Shown here: one piece after another, positions 18,001 through 26,103 of the stretch
How positions within the stretch are numbered: the stretch's first letter is position 1
How the letters are laid out: every line of letters starts with the position of its first letter
IMG/VR virus record: IMGVR_UViG_3300024232_000009
Span: 1 to 64,000 of that record
DNA from: a virus
Lineage: Duplodnaviria > Caudoviricetes
Direction: 5' to 3' (one strand)
Length of the DNA: 64,000 nucleotides
Position numbers and translations under genes: made by a program
Notes under the pieces: model-generated
Told to the model about the DNA's origin: nothing
Seen by the model: only the letters and a program-made list of their open reading frames with translations
The model's database searches: none

Positions 18001-20701
18001 CCAAAACCCGATCGACCGGTTGCTCTGGGTTGGCGATTTGAGCCTTTTCGATTCCCTCGAATTTGATCCCAAGCTGTCCGTTCGGCATCGTCTTGATACT
18101 CTCGACGACCCAAGGCTTTGGACCGCGCACCATGATGCTATCGCCGGGCTTCAGATTGCCCGAGCGCACTTGCTCCATACCCGGCGTGGTCGATTGCCCA
18201 CGCAATTCGTCTGGGGATTCTTCAGCCGGTGGCGTTTCGCCTGTTGGAGTTTGCTGTGTGCGGCCACCGCTCAGCCCGGACAACGCACCCCGCAACTCAT
18301 CGGGCGGTTCATCGACAGGGGCGACACGCGGGCCTTCTTTCTCCCGCTCTTGTTTTGCTGTTTCCGAAGCTGTGAGGGCGGCCTTTTCTTCGGCCACCGG
18401 CCGGAACGCCATTTCCTTCTGATCGGGCGGCGGCACCGACATTTCCATGCCGCCCTTCGTCGGGCGCAGCCGCACCTTCTCGACGATGCGCACGCCGTCC
18501 TTGACGATCGAATGGACGCCCTGCGGGTTGGCGAACAGCGGGTCGCCTTCCTCGTTTTCGCCGATTTGCTTCCAGTCGCCAGAGGGCTTTTCGGTGCTGT
18601 CCGTCGATGCTGGTTTTTCGGGCGCTTCTGCCTTCTTTTCGGGTTTGGCCGCTGGTTTCGGCGCTGGCGCATCGGCCCACGGTTCATCGGCGAACCGGAA
18701 CTGCCGCTTCCGGTCGTCCGGGTTCTTCGGCACCAGGCCTTTCTCGTTTTCGGTGACTGACTCGGTCCATGGCACGCCGTTGTCCATGATCGCTCGGACA
18801 CCGTTCGGGTTCACGACCAGCACGTCGCCCTGGTGGTTTTTCTTCGGCTGGCCGTTGTCGTCCAGCACCGGAGACCAGGGGCCGCCGTGCGCCTCGATCG
18901 TGGGAGCGGGGGGGGCTTGCTCGCTGGCCGCCGGCTGCCCGCTGTCCTCTGCCTGCTGCCCGCTGGGCTTCTCCTTATCGTCATCCGCTGGCGGGGCTGG
19001 AAGCGGCACGCCGGTCCGGTTGACGTGACGAACGTCCGTAAGAGTGTCTGCCTTGATGGTGTGCTGTAGGCCGTTGGCGTCGATGACGCCAATCCCGCCA
19101 TTACGATCAAATCCCTCGACTGCGCCGACGATCGTCCGGCCGTCCTTGTCTTTGCCGGAAACGACATCATCCGGGCGAAGAGAGCGCGCCATCGCCCGCT
19201 GTTCGACCGGCAATTCGTTCACGACGGAGATGAACTGCTCGAACTCGCGGACGCGGCGTTTTACCTCTCGCTGCTCGCGCGGTGATAGGTCGGGGTTTTC
19301 CGCGAGTTCGTTCAGATGCTCAATGCGGCCCGCCAGAGGGTGATCCGGATTCCGGTCGTAGCCAGCCGTGCGCAAGTCCTGGAACGTCTCCACCGTCGGC
19401 GGTGCACTCGGTTCCGGCCGGGCGACCGGTTCCGACGCGGCCTCGACGACGGGCGCCTCTACCGTAGCGGCCGGCGCTTCTGGCGTGGGTGGCACGTAAT
19501 CGGTCGGCACCAGGCTCCGGATGCTCCGCTGGTATTCCTGATACCAGTCCGGTTCCGGCGTGGGTTCGCCCGCTGGCGTGGGAGCGGACGATTTTTCCAG
19601 GTCGCGCACCCGTTCGGCCATCGTCTGCAGTTCCAGCAGATGGGCGCGGTTGCGCTCTATCGCTGGGGCGAGCAATTCGGGCGTCGCGCCTCGCTCGCGC
19701 AGCGTCCTGATTTCCTCGGCATGCTGCTGGGCAAGTTCAACGCCTTGCTGGATGCGGGCTTTCGCCTCACTCAGGGGCGAAGCGGCCGGCGGGGCTCCTT
19801 CTGGTGTTGGCGCATTGGCGGGGCCTTCCGGGCGCGGCCTTGGTCCAATCGGTTCGGGAGAAGCGGGCGCGCCACCCGGCAATGGTTCGGGAGGTACGAA
19901 GCCAGGCTCGACGCGGCCTCCACGCCCCGGTGGCGGCAGCCGCATCTGATCACTGAGGCCCAATCCACCAGGGGCGCGGCTGAAGCCACCAAGCGCGGCG
20001 GCGGCGGCGGCGAGGTCTGCCCGCTGCCGTGGATCGGTCATGTCGAATTTCAGCGGGTCCAGCCCGAGCCCGCGGATGACCGCGCGCGCCGACTCAGGCG
20101 AGTAGCCCCATTCGACGTCGCCGGTCTCGACGTTCTTCCGGTATGGCAGCCCCGAACCATACTCGTATCCCGGCTTGTTCGCGTAGCCGCTGGTGATGTC
20201 CTCGTATTGGCGCTCCAGCAGGGTCTTGATGGCGTTGCCAGGAGCGTTGCCGATGGTGTCCAGCGCCTTGACCGCCGCGCGACCAACGGGAGCGAGCGCA
20301 TCACCAACACGGGACATGATACCGGGTTGCTCTGCTGGTTTCGCGTCCTCGGCAGGCGGCACGATCCAGTCGTCGGCCTCCGCTGGTGCGGCTTGCTTTC
20401 CCTTCCCCTTGTTGTCGGAGGCGGTTGGGACGATCCAATCATCAACCTCGGCAGCCCTTACGGATGCCCGGATTACGCCGCCAGCCGTCGGTTCCGCCTC
20501 CGGGTTGATGACCTCTCGCGGATCAGCCCCCTCCAATAAATCGCGGCTGGCCATTCCTTCCTTGATCTGGTCCGGGAAATCGCCACCACCCTTGGGATTG
20601 GGAGGGTTCGGACGCCACCTGCGCATGGTGCGGTCCGTCCAATCTCCTTCGTCTTCTTCCGGCGATCTACTCTGGTTTCGAAGTAACGCATTGATCGCCA
20701 T
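12038..20701 (-). CDS. Giant polyvalent ejection protein: N6-adenine methyltransferase plus strawberry-notch SF2 helicase (DarB-like)
   Basis: QQFSTPP, EPSAGTG and MNPPFS (methyltransferase, about 16000-16800); GFFIGDGTGVGKGRE, FDEAH, SATGA, SQAGGTGRSYH, QGFGRTHRTNQ (strawberry notch, about 12900-15450). Sits among ejection genes with TAATG coupling. Confidence 0.9.
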   Translation of the reverse strand: MAINALLRNQSRSPEEDEGDWTDRTMRRWRPNPPNPKGGGDFPDQIKEGMASRDLLEGADPREVINPEAEPTAGGVIRASVRAAEVDDWIVPTASDNKGKGKQAAPAEADDWIVPPAEDAKPAEQPGIMSRVGDALAPVGRAAVKALDTIGNAPGNAIKTLLERQYEDITSGYANKPGYEYGSGLPYRKNVETGDVEWGYSPESARAVIRGLGLDPLKFDMTDPRQRADLAAAAAALGGFSRAPGGLGLSDQMRLPPPGRGGRVEPGFVPPEPLPGGAPASPEPIGPRPRPEGPANAPTPEGAPPAASPLSEAKARIQQGVELAQQHAEEIRTLRERGATPELLAPAIERNRAHLLELQTMAERVRDLEKSSAPTPAGEPTPEPDWYQEYQRSIRSLVPTDYVPPTPEAPAATVEAPVVEAASEPVARPEPSAPPTVETFQDLRTAGYDRNPDHPLAGRIEHLNELAENPDLSPREQREVKRRVREFEQFISVVNELPVEQRAMARSLRPDDVVSGKDKDGRTIVGAVEGFDRNGGIGVIDANGLQHTIKADTLTDVRHVNRTGVPLPAPPADDDKEKPSGQQAEDSGQPAASEQAPPAPTIEAHGGPWSPVLDDNGQPKKNHQGDVLVVNPNGVRAIMDNGVPWTESVTENEKGLVPKNPDDRKRQFRFADEPWADAPAPKPAAKPEKKAEAPEKPASTDSTEKPSGDWKQIGENEEGDPLFANPQGVHSIVKDGVRIVEKVRLRPTKGGMEMSVPPPDQKEMAFRPVAEEKAALTASETAKQEREKEGPRVAPVDEPPDELRGALSGLSGGRTQQTPTGETPPAEESPDELRGQSTTPGMEQVRSGNLKPGDSIMVRGPKPWVVESIKTMPNGQLGIKFEGIEKAQIANPEQPVDRVLAESAPAPIEPEIVTHVTKKGKTLTGTIRRDIGRDEAKALDPYSFRKDGGWFIRSSATQPTAEPAAPKPAATAPAPAPVAEKSPVRQAVDRVESGQMTVPSALRSIANHAANGSATAAEVREALDDLNVKPDASEWQGAMAIFPGARALMGEATPEPSAQTPEEAFAAADAAWRAYQPTFEKATADYRAQRIGDDEYLAVRAEHERLRDAVDAAQDALPDAEELENQRRIKAGIEEVALDEAYRQADDPGLEDQMDDIRDMLKRGWSPGDIAVQEGIDRTPAEIRALEHVWREQGYLPWERPDTGQLPLTDRPIPSSLDVAEQQAKKNQANAPVSAFPDANSDMDPLLANNMDRLRTMYGPDGMMARIVAQWLHEREKMPLGEDRAIKPQSVQSAAEFVYEGKLADNAFSRDRMYDAVESGVNLFIAKQPERFAPTGDLARANEQAAQLAEIKSWLPTQTVRSGDKVKLQQFSTPPDYAFAISWVANIRPGETVIEPSAGTGGIAVHAMNAGAKVVGNEISPQRRTMMETLPFDRITKENAEQLHNILPRDIKPTVVVMNPPFSSAGDRMGGKMVLETGAVHIEQALKRLEPGGRLVAIVGDGMKPEGAETAGKDGRNNATGRAFRDWWKKIGAEYDVRANIGVGGEIYRKYGTTFPTRLLVIDKVAPSGQPPLVTTALTSAELLDALQGVRDARPGSAGEPVADQSGGAPVAQPGQGASGSAGAVRPPTGDVGAGSGQDRPSTPSGPKPTGTRGDQAGGVRPGSGTRPAGGVRSDAPTVQQPKPDAQGGAGQLAVQPATGEVVPGSSPGGDTSHTRPDGSDLAVTPPAPELLETSIVVPEEQTGGELTESVYEDYRPQRITIEGAQPHPGPLVQSAAMASVLPPTVTYKTALPKKLITEGAVSAAQLEAIVYAGNAHSQTLEKDKDGVVKRRGFFIGDGTGVGKGREVAGIILDNKWQGRKKAIWVSEKMPLANDAKRDWAGLGQNPNEILVHNKIKAGDEIKHEGILFTTYDTVKSGEKFGGATPEEWEKHGRHGFFDGAKVTAQHPLTGQTAELTIVGNKPSKDTRTEIEWKVKEKNGKTHNMGQWLLLPQQVGIEKPQGAEPKTRVQQIVDWVGKDFDGVIAFDEAHNMANATSEKGKRGTKEAAAKALAGLELQNALPNARVVYVSATGATEVNNLAYADRLGLWGPGTAFANRSDFLSRVASGGVAAMELVARDMKALGYYTARSLSYDGVEYDRVQHDLTPPQREMYDKIADAWQLVLRNMMEALAETGADGKGGPKSAIMSAFWGGHQRFFNQLITSLQMPSVIEGIDKDLAEGRQAVLQLVNTNEAGQERALDKSKASGDEDLEELDMSPRDQLLQLVDKAFPIWQYETYIDPDGNERVRLVIDSEGNKVANPEAVAAKEKLLLDLGSLRVPDGPLEILVNHYGPEAVAEVTGRKQRVVNKPDETGRMKKVLEKRGTDANVAEANSFQSGKKKILIFSQAGGTGRSYHDDKTAERVDDTGRLAIGGNSGARRSHYLVQAGWRADTAVQGFGRTHRTNQWTAPIFHLVTTDLEGQKRFISSIARRLGQLGALTKGERRTGDQGMFGLQDNLESDEAKAGLRQLFVDIHMGKVEGFSEEDLAEQMGLIISTPDGALRDDLPPMTQFLNRVLSLKVNDQNRVFNEFATRFRDIVDRAAAAGTLDAGTETYKADKITKVSDQVVYTDPNSGAETRHVHLMTSNRNYPTSFTDLMSGQAQRAGWNAPEFFIQNKRSSYISAVTPTTFTKVEPNGLVTEHYRVTTPIDWQFVPKDELDDSMRATGNLNRITNLKEAKTLWDERVAKTPEFKEADLHIITGAILPIWDRLAGQPKIFRLQTDAGERMLGRVVDNKVINETLTRLGAESVKLNIKPAEVVERILEGGVASLANGWIIKRRRVAQEWRLELTGPDLYSHMGELEAAGVFRERIPGTYDTRYFIPTGEGGATTIEAITKRRPIISVEGD
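15529..15927 (-). CDS. Probable overprinted gene (132 aa) in an alternative frame inside the giant protein linker
   Basis: AAGGAG 6 nt before the ATG. The product (MPAQEVPVNQWPINQAALRWLNQAKE...) reads as amphipathic helices, while the host frame here is a G/P/S-rich disordered linker. Confidence 0.6.
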   Translation of the reverse strand: MPAQEVPVNQWPINQAALRWLNQAKEPADPQVPYVLQLATWGLEADKIDLPRPLAPSQPEPEAIKQVVFGLGAAHGRQEAYEAMRRLFSNPNLTHREEQDNLLSSLQQAKSSQEAAQAVIQVILDLMVATSP

Positions 20702-22932
20702 TACCGTCCCGCCGCTGGTTTGCCCTGTGCGTTATACAGTCTGCCGTCGGGCGCGCGCCACATCTGACGGCTCGGGCTATAAGCGCTGCCAGCCGGGACC
20801 GTCTCTGGGCGTGCTGGAACGGTCGGCGGCGTGCGGGCGGGCTCGTTGGGCTCGGCACCAACTGGGCGCGACGGCGCGAGCGGCGTCGGGGCTGCTGTCC
20901 CAAGGGCGCGCTGCGCCGCACCGGGCCCGTAAGCCTCATCGAACTGCGGCGCCATGGCGGGGTTCTGCCGCAACCGATCAACAGAGGTCGGCACCGGCGT
21001 CGGCCACGTCTTCGCGGCGGGGGCGGCTGCACCGGCGTCCGGCTTCTTCGGTTCGCCGAGACGTTGCTCCTTCCGAGCTTCATCGAACGACCGGATACGC
21101 GCCTGGCCTTCCTCGTGCATCGATTGGGCCACGGCTTTGAACGATGCAGGCGTCATGTTCACGCCAGCCCACTTCTCGGCTTCTTTCCGCGCACCCTCGG
21201 CGAGTTGCGCGATGGACGCCTGACCACCTGACAGGATACGCGCGGACTCATTGGCGACCGCCTGCATGTGGAAGAACAGTTGCGAATAGGCAGGGTCACC
21301 GGTCCACCTCTGCTCGCCGCGTACGAGGGCGTTGATGATCGGCGAAAGGTCGGACCCAGGCAGTTTTTTGAAGTCCTCCAGCACTTGATCGACGTTGTAA
21401 TCAAGCTGCTTCACCGCGGCGACGGTGGCCCCCCGGATCGTGCCGAGCTGCTGATCGCTGCGCTTGCCGGTGGCATATTCGATGCCCCGCATGGCCAGTT
21501 CGACGCCGGCCTGTTCGGCTGTCATGCCCGTGTCGGCCATGATCTTCTCGATGGCACCCTCACGCGCCTCCTTGCGCGCCTGGACGGCCGATTTTCCATA
21601 ACCCATGACGATCTGATTCAACGGCTGGCCGGTCGACGCCTGCGCCGCCAAGGACGCCTTCGCTTCCGGGGTTTCCGGAACGCCCTGGTTTTCCGCGTCC
21701 TGTCGCCCTCTCGTCGCAGCCCCCGCCTTGTCACCAGTGAGTTGCACCTTGCGCCGGTCCTCGGCGGCCTGGATCCGGCGATTGAGTTCGGCCACCTCAG
21801 TCTTATTCTTCGGATCAACCGGACGACCGAGTTCCGTCTCATAGCCTTGCGTGACGATCTGCTTGGTCGCGTCACGGTCCTGATTGGCCGCGGACGGGGG
21901 ACCGCCCAGTCGTTGCGCGCCACCAGGCGTGTAGGGCTCGCCATTGAGCGTCAGGCTTTTCCCGGTTCCCTTCTGGTGCTGGTACTGCTCGTTCGTGGTC
22001 GGATCGGTCAGAATTTCCCAACCCTTGCTCGGATCCTCGGGTTTCGCCTTTTGCGCGGCTTCACGTTCGCGCCGGATCGCTTCGAGGTTCGCTTGCCCCT
22101 CGGTCCAGTCGGGATGCTCCGTTTTGATGTCGGCCAGGATCGCTTCCCTGGTCTTGGCCCCCATCGGCACCCGCCCCGTACCAGTCTTGTGCGCTCCGGT
22201 CAGTTTGTCTTCCGGAACCGGCGTGCCATCGAGGTAGGTTGCCTTGGGACCGCTCGCATTCGGCCGAAGAATGAACGGTCGGTTGTCGCTATCGGTCATC
22301 GCCGTGGTGCCGACACGGTCGTCCCGGATTTTGTTTTCTTTGTCGATCCTCTGCTCTTTGAGCCAGTTCTGATACTGGCTGTAGCCCATGGCGCGCTGGC
22401 GGAATTCGTTCGGATCAAACTTCGTCGGCAGGCGTTGAGCCTCTTCCGGCGAGATCGTGCCGCTCTTCAGCAGGCGTTCGGTCGCCTCCGTGGTCGCCTT
22501 CTGCGCCGCCGCAGCGGCCTGCTCGGGAGACGTGTTGCTGCCCGGCTGTAAAGCCCGCTCGTAGGCTTCCAGGATCGGCGCGTACGTGCCGTTCAGCATG
22601 TCGGCCTTCTCGACCACCGCCCGAGTGCGAAGGCTGTCCATCTGCATTTGGCGCTGCTGGTTCACCAACTGGTTCTGCCCGAGCTTCAACCCGACATTCG
22701 GGTCGATCGACATCACCTTGGACAGCGTCTCGCTGGTCGGATTGCCAGTCTTGTCGATCGCGCCCGGTGCACCGAGGACGTTGCGCAGGGCGTTCACCTG
22801 CTGGATCTGCTGTTGCTCCTGCTGCATGGCCATGGTCTGCCGTGCATTGGCAATCATTGCCCCGTAATCTGGTCCCACATTAGGTGTGGGCCGGAATGCA
22901 AGTGGGATTTGAGCGTTAACAGAACCCGACAT
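20701..22932 (-). CDS. DNA ejection / DNA transfer protein (743 aa)
   Basis: Gln/Ala-rich helical protein following the gp7-like pilot; position matches the P22 ejection cluster. Confidence 0.75.
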   Translation of the reverse strand: MSGSVNAQIPLAFRPTPNVGPDYGAMIANARQTMAMQQEQQQIQQVNALRNVLGAPGAIDKTGNPTSETLSKVMSIDPNVGLKLGQNQLVNQQRQMQMDSLRTRAVVEKADMLNGTYAPILEAYERALQPGSNTSPEQAAAAAQKATTEATERLLKSGTISPEEAQRLPTKFDPNEFRQRAMGYSQYQNWLKEQRIDKENKIRDDRVGTTAMTDSDNRPFILRPNASGPKATYLDGTPVPEDKLTGAHKTGTGRVPMGAKTREAILADIKTEHPDWTEGQANLEAIRREREAAQKAKPEDPSKGWEILTDPTTNEQYQHQKGTGKSLTLNGEPYTPGGAQRLGGPPSAANQDRDATKQIVTQGYETELGRPVDPKNKTEVAELNRRIQAAEDRRKVQLTGDKAGAATRGRQDAENQGVPETPEAKASLAAQASTGQPLNQIVMGYGKSAVQARKEAREGAIEKIMADTGMTAEQAGVELAMRGIEYATGKRSDQQLGTIRGATVAAVKQLDYNVDQVLEDFKKLPGSDLSPIINALVRGEQRWTGDPAYSQLFFHMQAVANESARILSGGQASIAQLAEGARKEAEKWAGVNMTPASFKAVAQSMHEEGQARIRSFDEARKEQRLGEPKKPDAGAAAPAAKTWPTPVPTSVDRLRQNPAMAPQFDEAYGPGAAQRALGTAAPTPLAPSRPVGAEPNEPARTPPTVPARPETVPAGSAYSPSRQMWRAPDGRLYNAQGKPAAGR

Positions 22933-22944
22933 CAGATTTTACCT

Positions 22945-23775
22945 TCAGCCTGTTGCGAAACCAGGCGCTATCGACTGACCGGTTGGATCCAAGGAAATAT
23001 ATGACGGCGTTCCACTGCCGTCGTTCGCACCAGAGGAAACCAATCCCTTTAACCAGGACTGAAACTGCGGATTTTGGAACGCTGATCCGATGGCTGTCCC
23101 GGCTTGGCCAAAGCCTCCTGTAATCGCGTTGGCGCCTCCTACCTGCCCGGCCGCCAGGGCATTCCCCCCGCCGATCGTGTTCGCTCCGATCTGACTGGCC
23201 ACTCCGGTTCCGATGCCACCCAAATTGGCCGCTGCGTTCTGTCCCGAGCCCGCCAGGTTGGACAGATTCCCCAACAGATTTCCCCATGCGCCACTGAAGT
23301 TGCCGAGGTACTGGTTGAAGTTCTGGTTTGCCAGTCCTTGTCCAGTCTGCTGCAATGCCCGGAGAGCGTTGCCCCCCACATTACCGTGCGCCGAGTTCGT
23401 GACGGCGTTGGTGCCCTGCTGAAGCTGGTACTGGTAACCGGGGGAGCCCTGGAATGTCCTGGGATCGATGTTGCCCGCGCCCGTTCCGCCAGCGCCACCG
23501 TAGCCCAGCATTTGCAGGAGCGGGCTTGTCGCACCCGCACCGCCCGCGCCAATACCCAAGAGCCGCTGGAGTTCGCCGAGCGCGTTGCCGCCGGCTTCGA
23601 CATACGGCTGCATCCGGCCAACCGTTTCGCCATACATCTGGCGTTCAAGTTCGGTTGCCTTATTGGCTGCGTCGGCCTGTGTTTTCGCGGCATCTTTCGA
23701 CGCGGACGCGCCGATAAGGCCACTACCAATCGATCCTGCGGCGGCTAATCCGGCACCAGCGATGGCCCACGGCAT
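22945..23775 (-). CDS. DNA transfer (pilot) protein, P22 gp7-like
   Basis: MPWAIAGAGLAAAGSIGSGLIGASASKDAAKTQADAA...MQPYVEAG...FQGSPGYQYQLQQG is typical of gp7-type proteins. Start reassigned from 23802. Confidence 0.8.
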   Translation of the reverse strand: MPWAIAGAGLAAAGSIGSGLIGASASKDAAKTQADAANKATELERQMYGETVGRMQPYVEAGGNALGELQRLLGIGAGGAGATSPLLQMLGYGGAGGTGAGNIDPRTFQGSPGYQYQLQQGTNAVTNSAHGNVGGNALRALQQTGQGLANQNFNQYLGNFSGAWGNLLGNLSNLAGSGQNAAANLGGIGTGVASQIGANTIGGGNALAAGQVGGANAITGGFGQAGTAIGSAFQNPQFQSWLKGLVSSGANDGSGTPSYISLDPTGQSIAPGFATG

Positions 23776-23812
23776 TCGAGTATCCCCAGCGCGATGCGCC
23801 ACAGAAAGGAGA

Positions 23813-23835
23813 CACCCGGGGAGGCCCGTCCCGGT
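23813..23835 (-). promoter_or_regulatory. Late-leader hairpin family copy (upstream of pilot gene)
   Basis: Plus strand CACCCGGGGAGGCCCGTCCCGGT; 20 of 23 positions identical to the 38993 copy. Confidence 0.65.
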
Positions 23836-23876
23836 TCGGCGATGTCAGGTTAGCATTTGGTCGGAAGTGGAAGCAA

Positions 23877-24218
23877 TCAGGAGAAAAGTATGCCGTCGAG
23901 GGCGCTTGCCTCGACCGCCGAACCTGAATCGATCTTCGCCTGGATAAACCCACCGGCCGCGAGAACAGGGACGTCGACATCGAGAACGCTGTTCGGCGCG
24001 ACCACTAATGCCGGACAAAATGTGTTGGTGACCGTGGCCGCACCACCCGACGGAATGCCGTACGCGGTCACCGCGCGCGAGACCGTATCGGTGTTGGTGA
24101 ACCGGATCCGACCTCGAGCGAGAAGGATTTGCGTCGGGACGGTGGTCACCGTGTAGAGCGTCGCCGCTGTCGTGGTCAGCGTGGTCGGCGGGAAGAGTTG
24201 GACGACCTGGACCGTCAT
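23877..24218 (-). CDS. Small beta-rich virion protein
   Basis: Thr/Val-rich 113 aa (ATLYTV...IRFTNTD...L.AGGFIQA) in the tail cluster. Confidence 0.7.
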   Translation of the reverse strand: MTVQVVQLFPPTTLTTTAATLYTVTTVPTQILLARGRIRFTNTDTVSRAVTAYGIPSGGAATVTNTFCPALVVAPNSVLDVDVPVLAAGGFIQAKIDSGSAVEASALDGILFS

Positions 24219-24230
24219 TGTGGCATCCTT

Positions 24231-25145
24231 TTAGGAAATGTTCAGCAGCGGGTTGGTCGCGATGACCGCGCCACCATTGCACACGTAGAGTTCGAAGACA
24301 TCGCGCGCCGCCGCGGTCGGTGTGATGGTGATCGCACCACCTCCCGCCTTTTGGTAGCCGGAATTGATCGACAAGGTGAAGGCGGCGGTGGTTCCGTTCA
24401 CGATCTCGATATTGCCTTCCATGCCGCCTGCGACATTCGTCGGGAAAGCCAGCGTTCCGTTCATGGTCAGCGTGCACACGAAGTTGTGGGAGATGGCAAA
24501 ATCCGGCGTGATCGTCGCCGCGCTGGTCAATGTGGCCAGAGGAAGGATCGAACCGCTGTTACGATGTTCCATTCCCATGAAGGTCAGGGTTTCGATGTTG
24601 CTGACCTGACGCCGCAGGGTATCGACCTCTCCTCTTTCATCACGGATCGTGAACGCCAGTTCGCTTCCCGCCGTCGTGGCTGTTCCCTCTGTCGCGTTCA
24701 GGATATTGCCATCGAGCGACAAATTCTCGCCGACAAAGATTTCCGACACTGGGGCGGCAACCCCCAAAGGATTGCCAGCGAGGGTGCGCGCCGCCAAATT
24801 CGCCGCCGCCAGGGTGCCGTTTTCGAACGAAAGAGACGGAGCGACGGTCTGCGGTGTGGCAGGCGCCTCGGTGCCCTGGCTATTGCCCAGAAGGGTGCGC
24901 GACGGGCTGTTGGCTGGTTCCAGCGTCCCGCCGTCGGTGATCGACGTCGCGTTGAAGAAGCTGTTCGCGCCGATCACCAGGGGGTTGAGCAACCGGCCGG
25001 ACAGATTGGTGATGTCGTTCAGGTAGCGCCACCAACCACGGCTGACGCCCATCGTTTCAGGTTTGATCTTCCCGTCCCGGTCGGGTTCGCCACGTCCGTC
25101 GAGGAACGGCTCCCGCGGCTGAAGGATATTCGGCTTGTCGGCCAT
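24231..25145 (-). CDS. Tail-associated structural protein (needle/plug position)
   Basis: N-terminal SRGWWRYLNDI motif, two RTLxGN repeats shared with the long fibre, beta-rich C-terminus. Confidence 0.65.
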   Translation of the reverse strand: MADKPNILQPREPFLDGRGEPDRDGKIKPETMGVSRGWWRYLNDITNLSGRLLNPLVIGANSFFNATSITDGGTLEPANSPSRTLLGNSQGTEAPATPQTVAPSLSFENGTLAAANLAARTLAGNPLGVAAPVSEIFVGENLSLDGNILNATEGTATTAGSELAFTIRDERGEVDTLRRQVSNIETLTFMGMEHRNSGSILPLATLTSAATITPDFAISHNFVCTLTMNGTLAFPTNVAGGMEGNIEIVNGTTAAFTLSINSGYQKAGGGAITITPTAAARDVFELYVCNGGAVIATNPLLNIS

Positions 25146-25543
25146 TAAACGATGCCGTTTTCCTCAAAGATCTCGATCTCTCCGTTGCGGCTCACATTAT
25201 GCACACACAAGATGACCGTCTTATCCTCCAATGCCTGAAACAGATGCTTCACCTTGGCGTCGATGACGATTTGCTGGGGAGAAACGAACTCGCCCAGGTA
25301 GGAGCTATCTTTCCACACCGCCACCTTTCCGGAAGCGATCACCGAAGTATGCGGGTAATTATGCGCGTGCTGCGGAATGTAGGTTCCGGCACAATGGATC
25401 AAGGTCGCGACGATGCCTATGCCATCGACCATTTCAAAAGAAACGGTGTTGGGCTGTTCAGGGTGGCGAACGAATTGAGAGGGAAGCGCTGGGTCCATGG
25501 CCGCCTTGATCACCGATGGTCCGACCGAAACTGCTGGCATCAT
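25145..25543 (-). CDS. Cupin-domain protein
   Basis: YIPQHAHNYPHTSVIASGKV...IDAKVKHLFQALED is a cupin metal-binding pattern. Confidence 0.8.
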   Translation of the reverse strand: MMPAVSVGPSVIKAAMDPALPSQFVRHPEQPNTVSFEMVDGIGIVATLIHCAGTYIPQHAHNYPHTSVIASGKVAVWKDSSYLGEFVSPQQIVIDAKVKHLFQALEDKTVILCVHNVSRNGEIEIFEENGIV

Positions 25544-26103
25544 AATCTCCTTGTGCAGACAATGAGCGCGATCCGCTCCGTGTCGCCTTGGTTGTGGACG
25601 CTGTGCACCAATAGGTTGTTGAATGTCCAGACCGACCCAGGCCGCATGACCACCGTCTCATCCTCACTGGTGTTGAAGCATTGATCGTTCGCCCGCAGCG
25701 GCATCCACAGCTTGGTCGTGTAGTACTCGCTGTGCCATGTGCCCAGATCGTGATGCGGGTACACGTTGCGCCCGGCCGGGATCTTGGTCATCAGCACGCC
25801 ACCAAGGCGCAGCCGCGGACTTTCGGCGAGGATCGGAGCGATCATCGCGATCACGGTGCGGCGCATCGACGGCAGGATTTCCGCGGCCGGATACCAGACC
25901 GATCTATGCTCGGTCCGATAGTCCTCGGGCTCGCGCAATTCCTCGCGGGCGCGGTAACGAACCCAAATGTCCGACGTTTCTCGATGCGGGCCCACCCCCA
26001 TCAGACGGCCAGGGTTTTCGTTCCACAGTTCGGGGTGCGCATCGAGTTCCGCGAGCAGCGGCGCCACGTCGACACCTTCGGCAATCAGCGTGAAGTTTTT
26101 CAT
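25540..26103 (-). CDS. Aspartyl/asparaginyl beta-hydroxylase-family 2OG-Fe(II) oxygenase
   Basis: IPAGRNVYPHHD...MRPGSVWTFNNLLVHSVHNQGDTERIALIVC contains HxD...H...R. Confidence 0.85.
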   Translation of the reverse strand: MKNFTLIAEGVDVAPLLAELDAHPELWNENPGRLMGVGPHRETSDIWVRYRAREELREPEDYRTEHRSVWYPAAEILPSMRRTVIAMIAPILAESPRLRLGGVLMTKIPAGRNVYPHHDLGTWHSEYYTTKLWMPLRANDQCFNTSEDETVVMRPGSVWTFNNLLVHSVHNQGDTERIALIVCTRRL

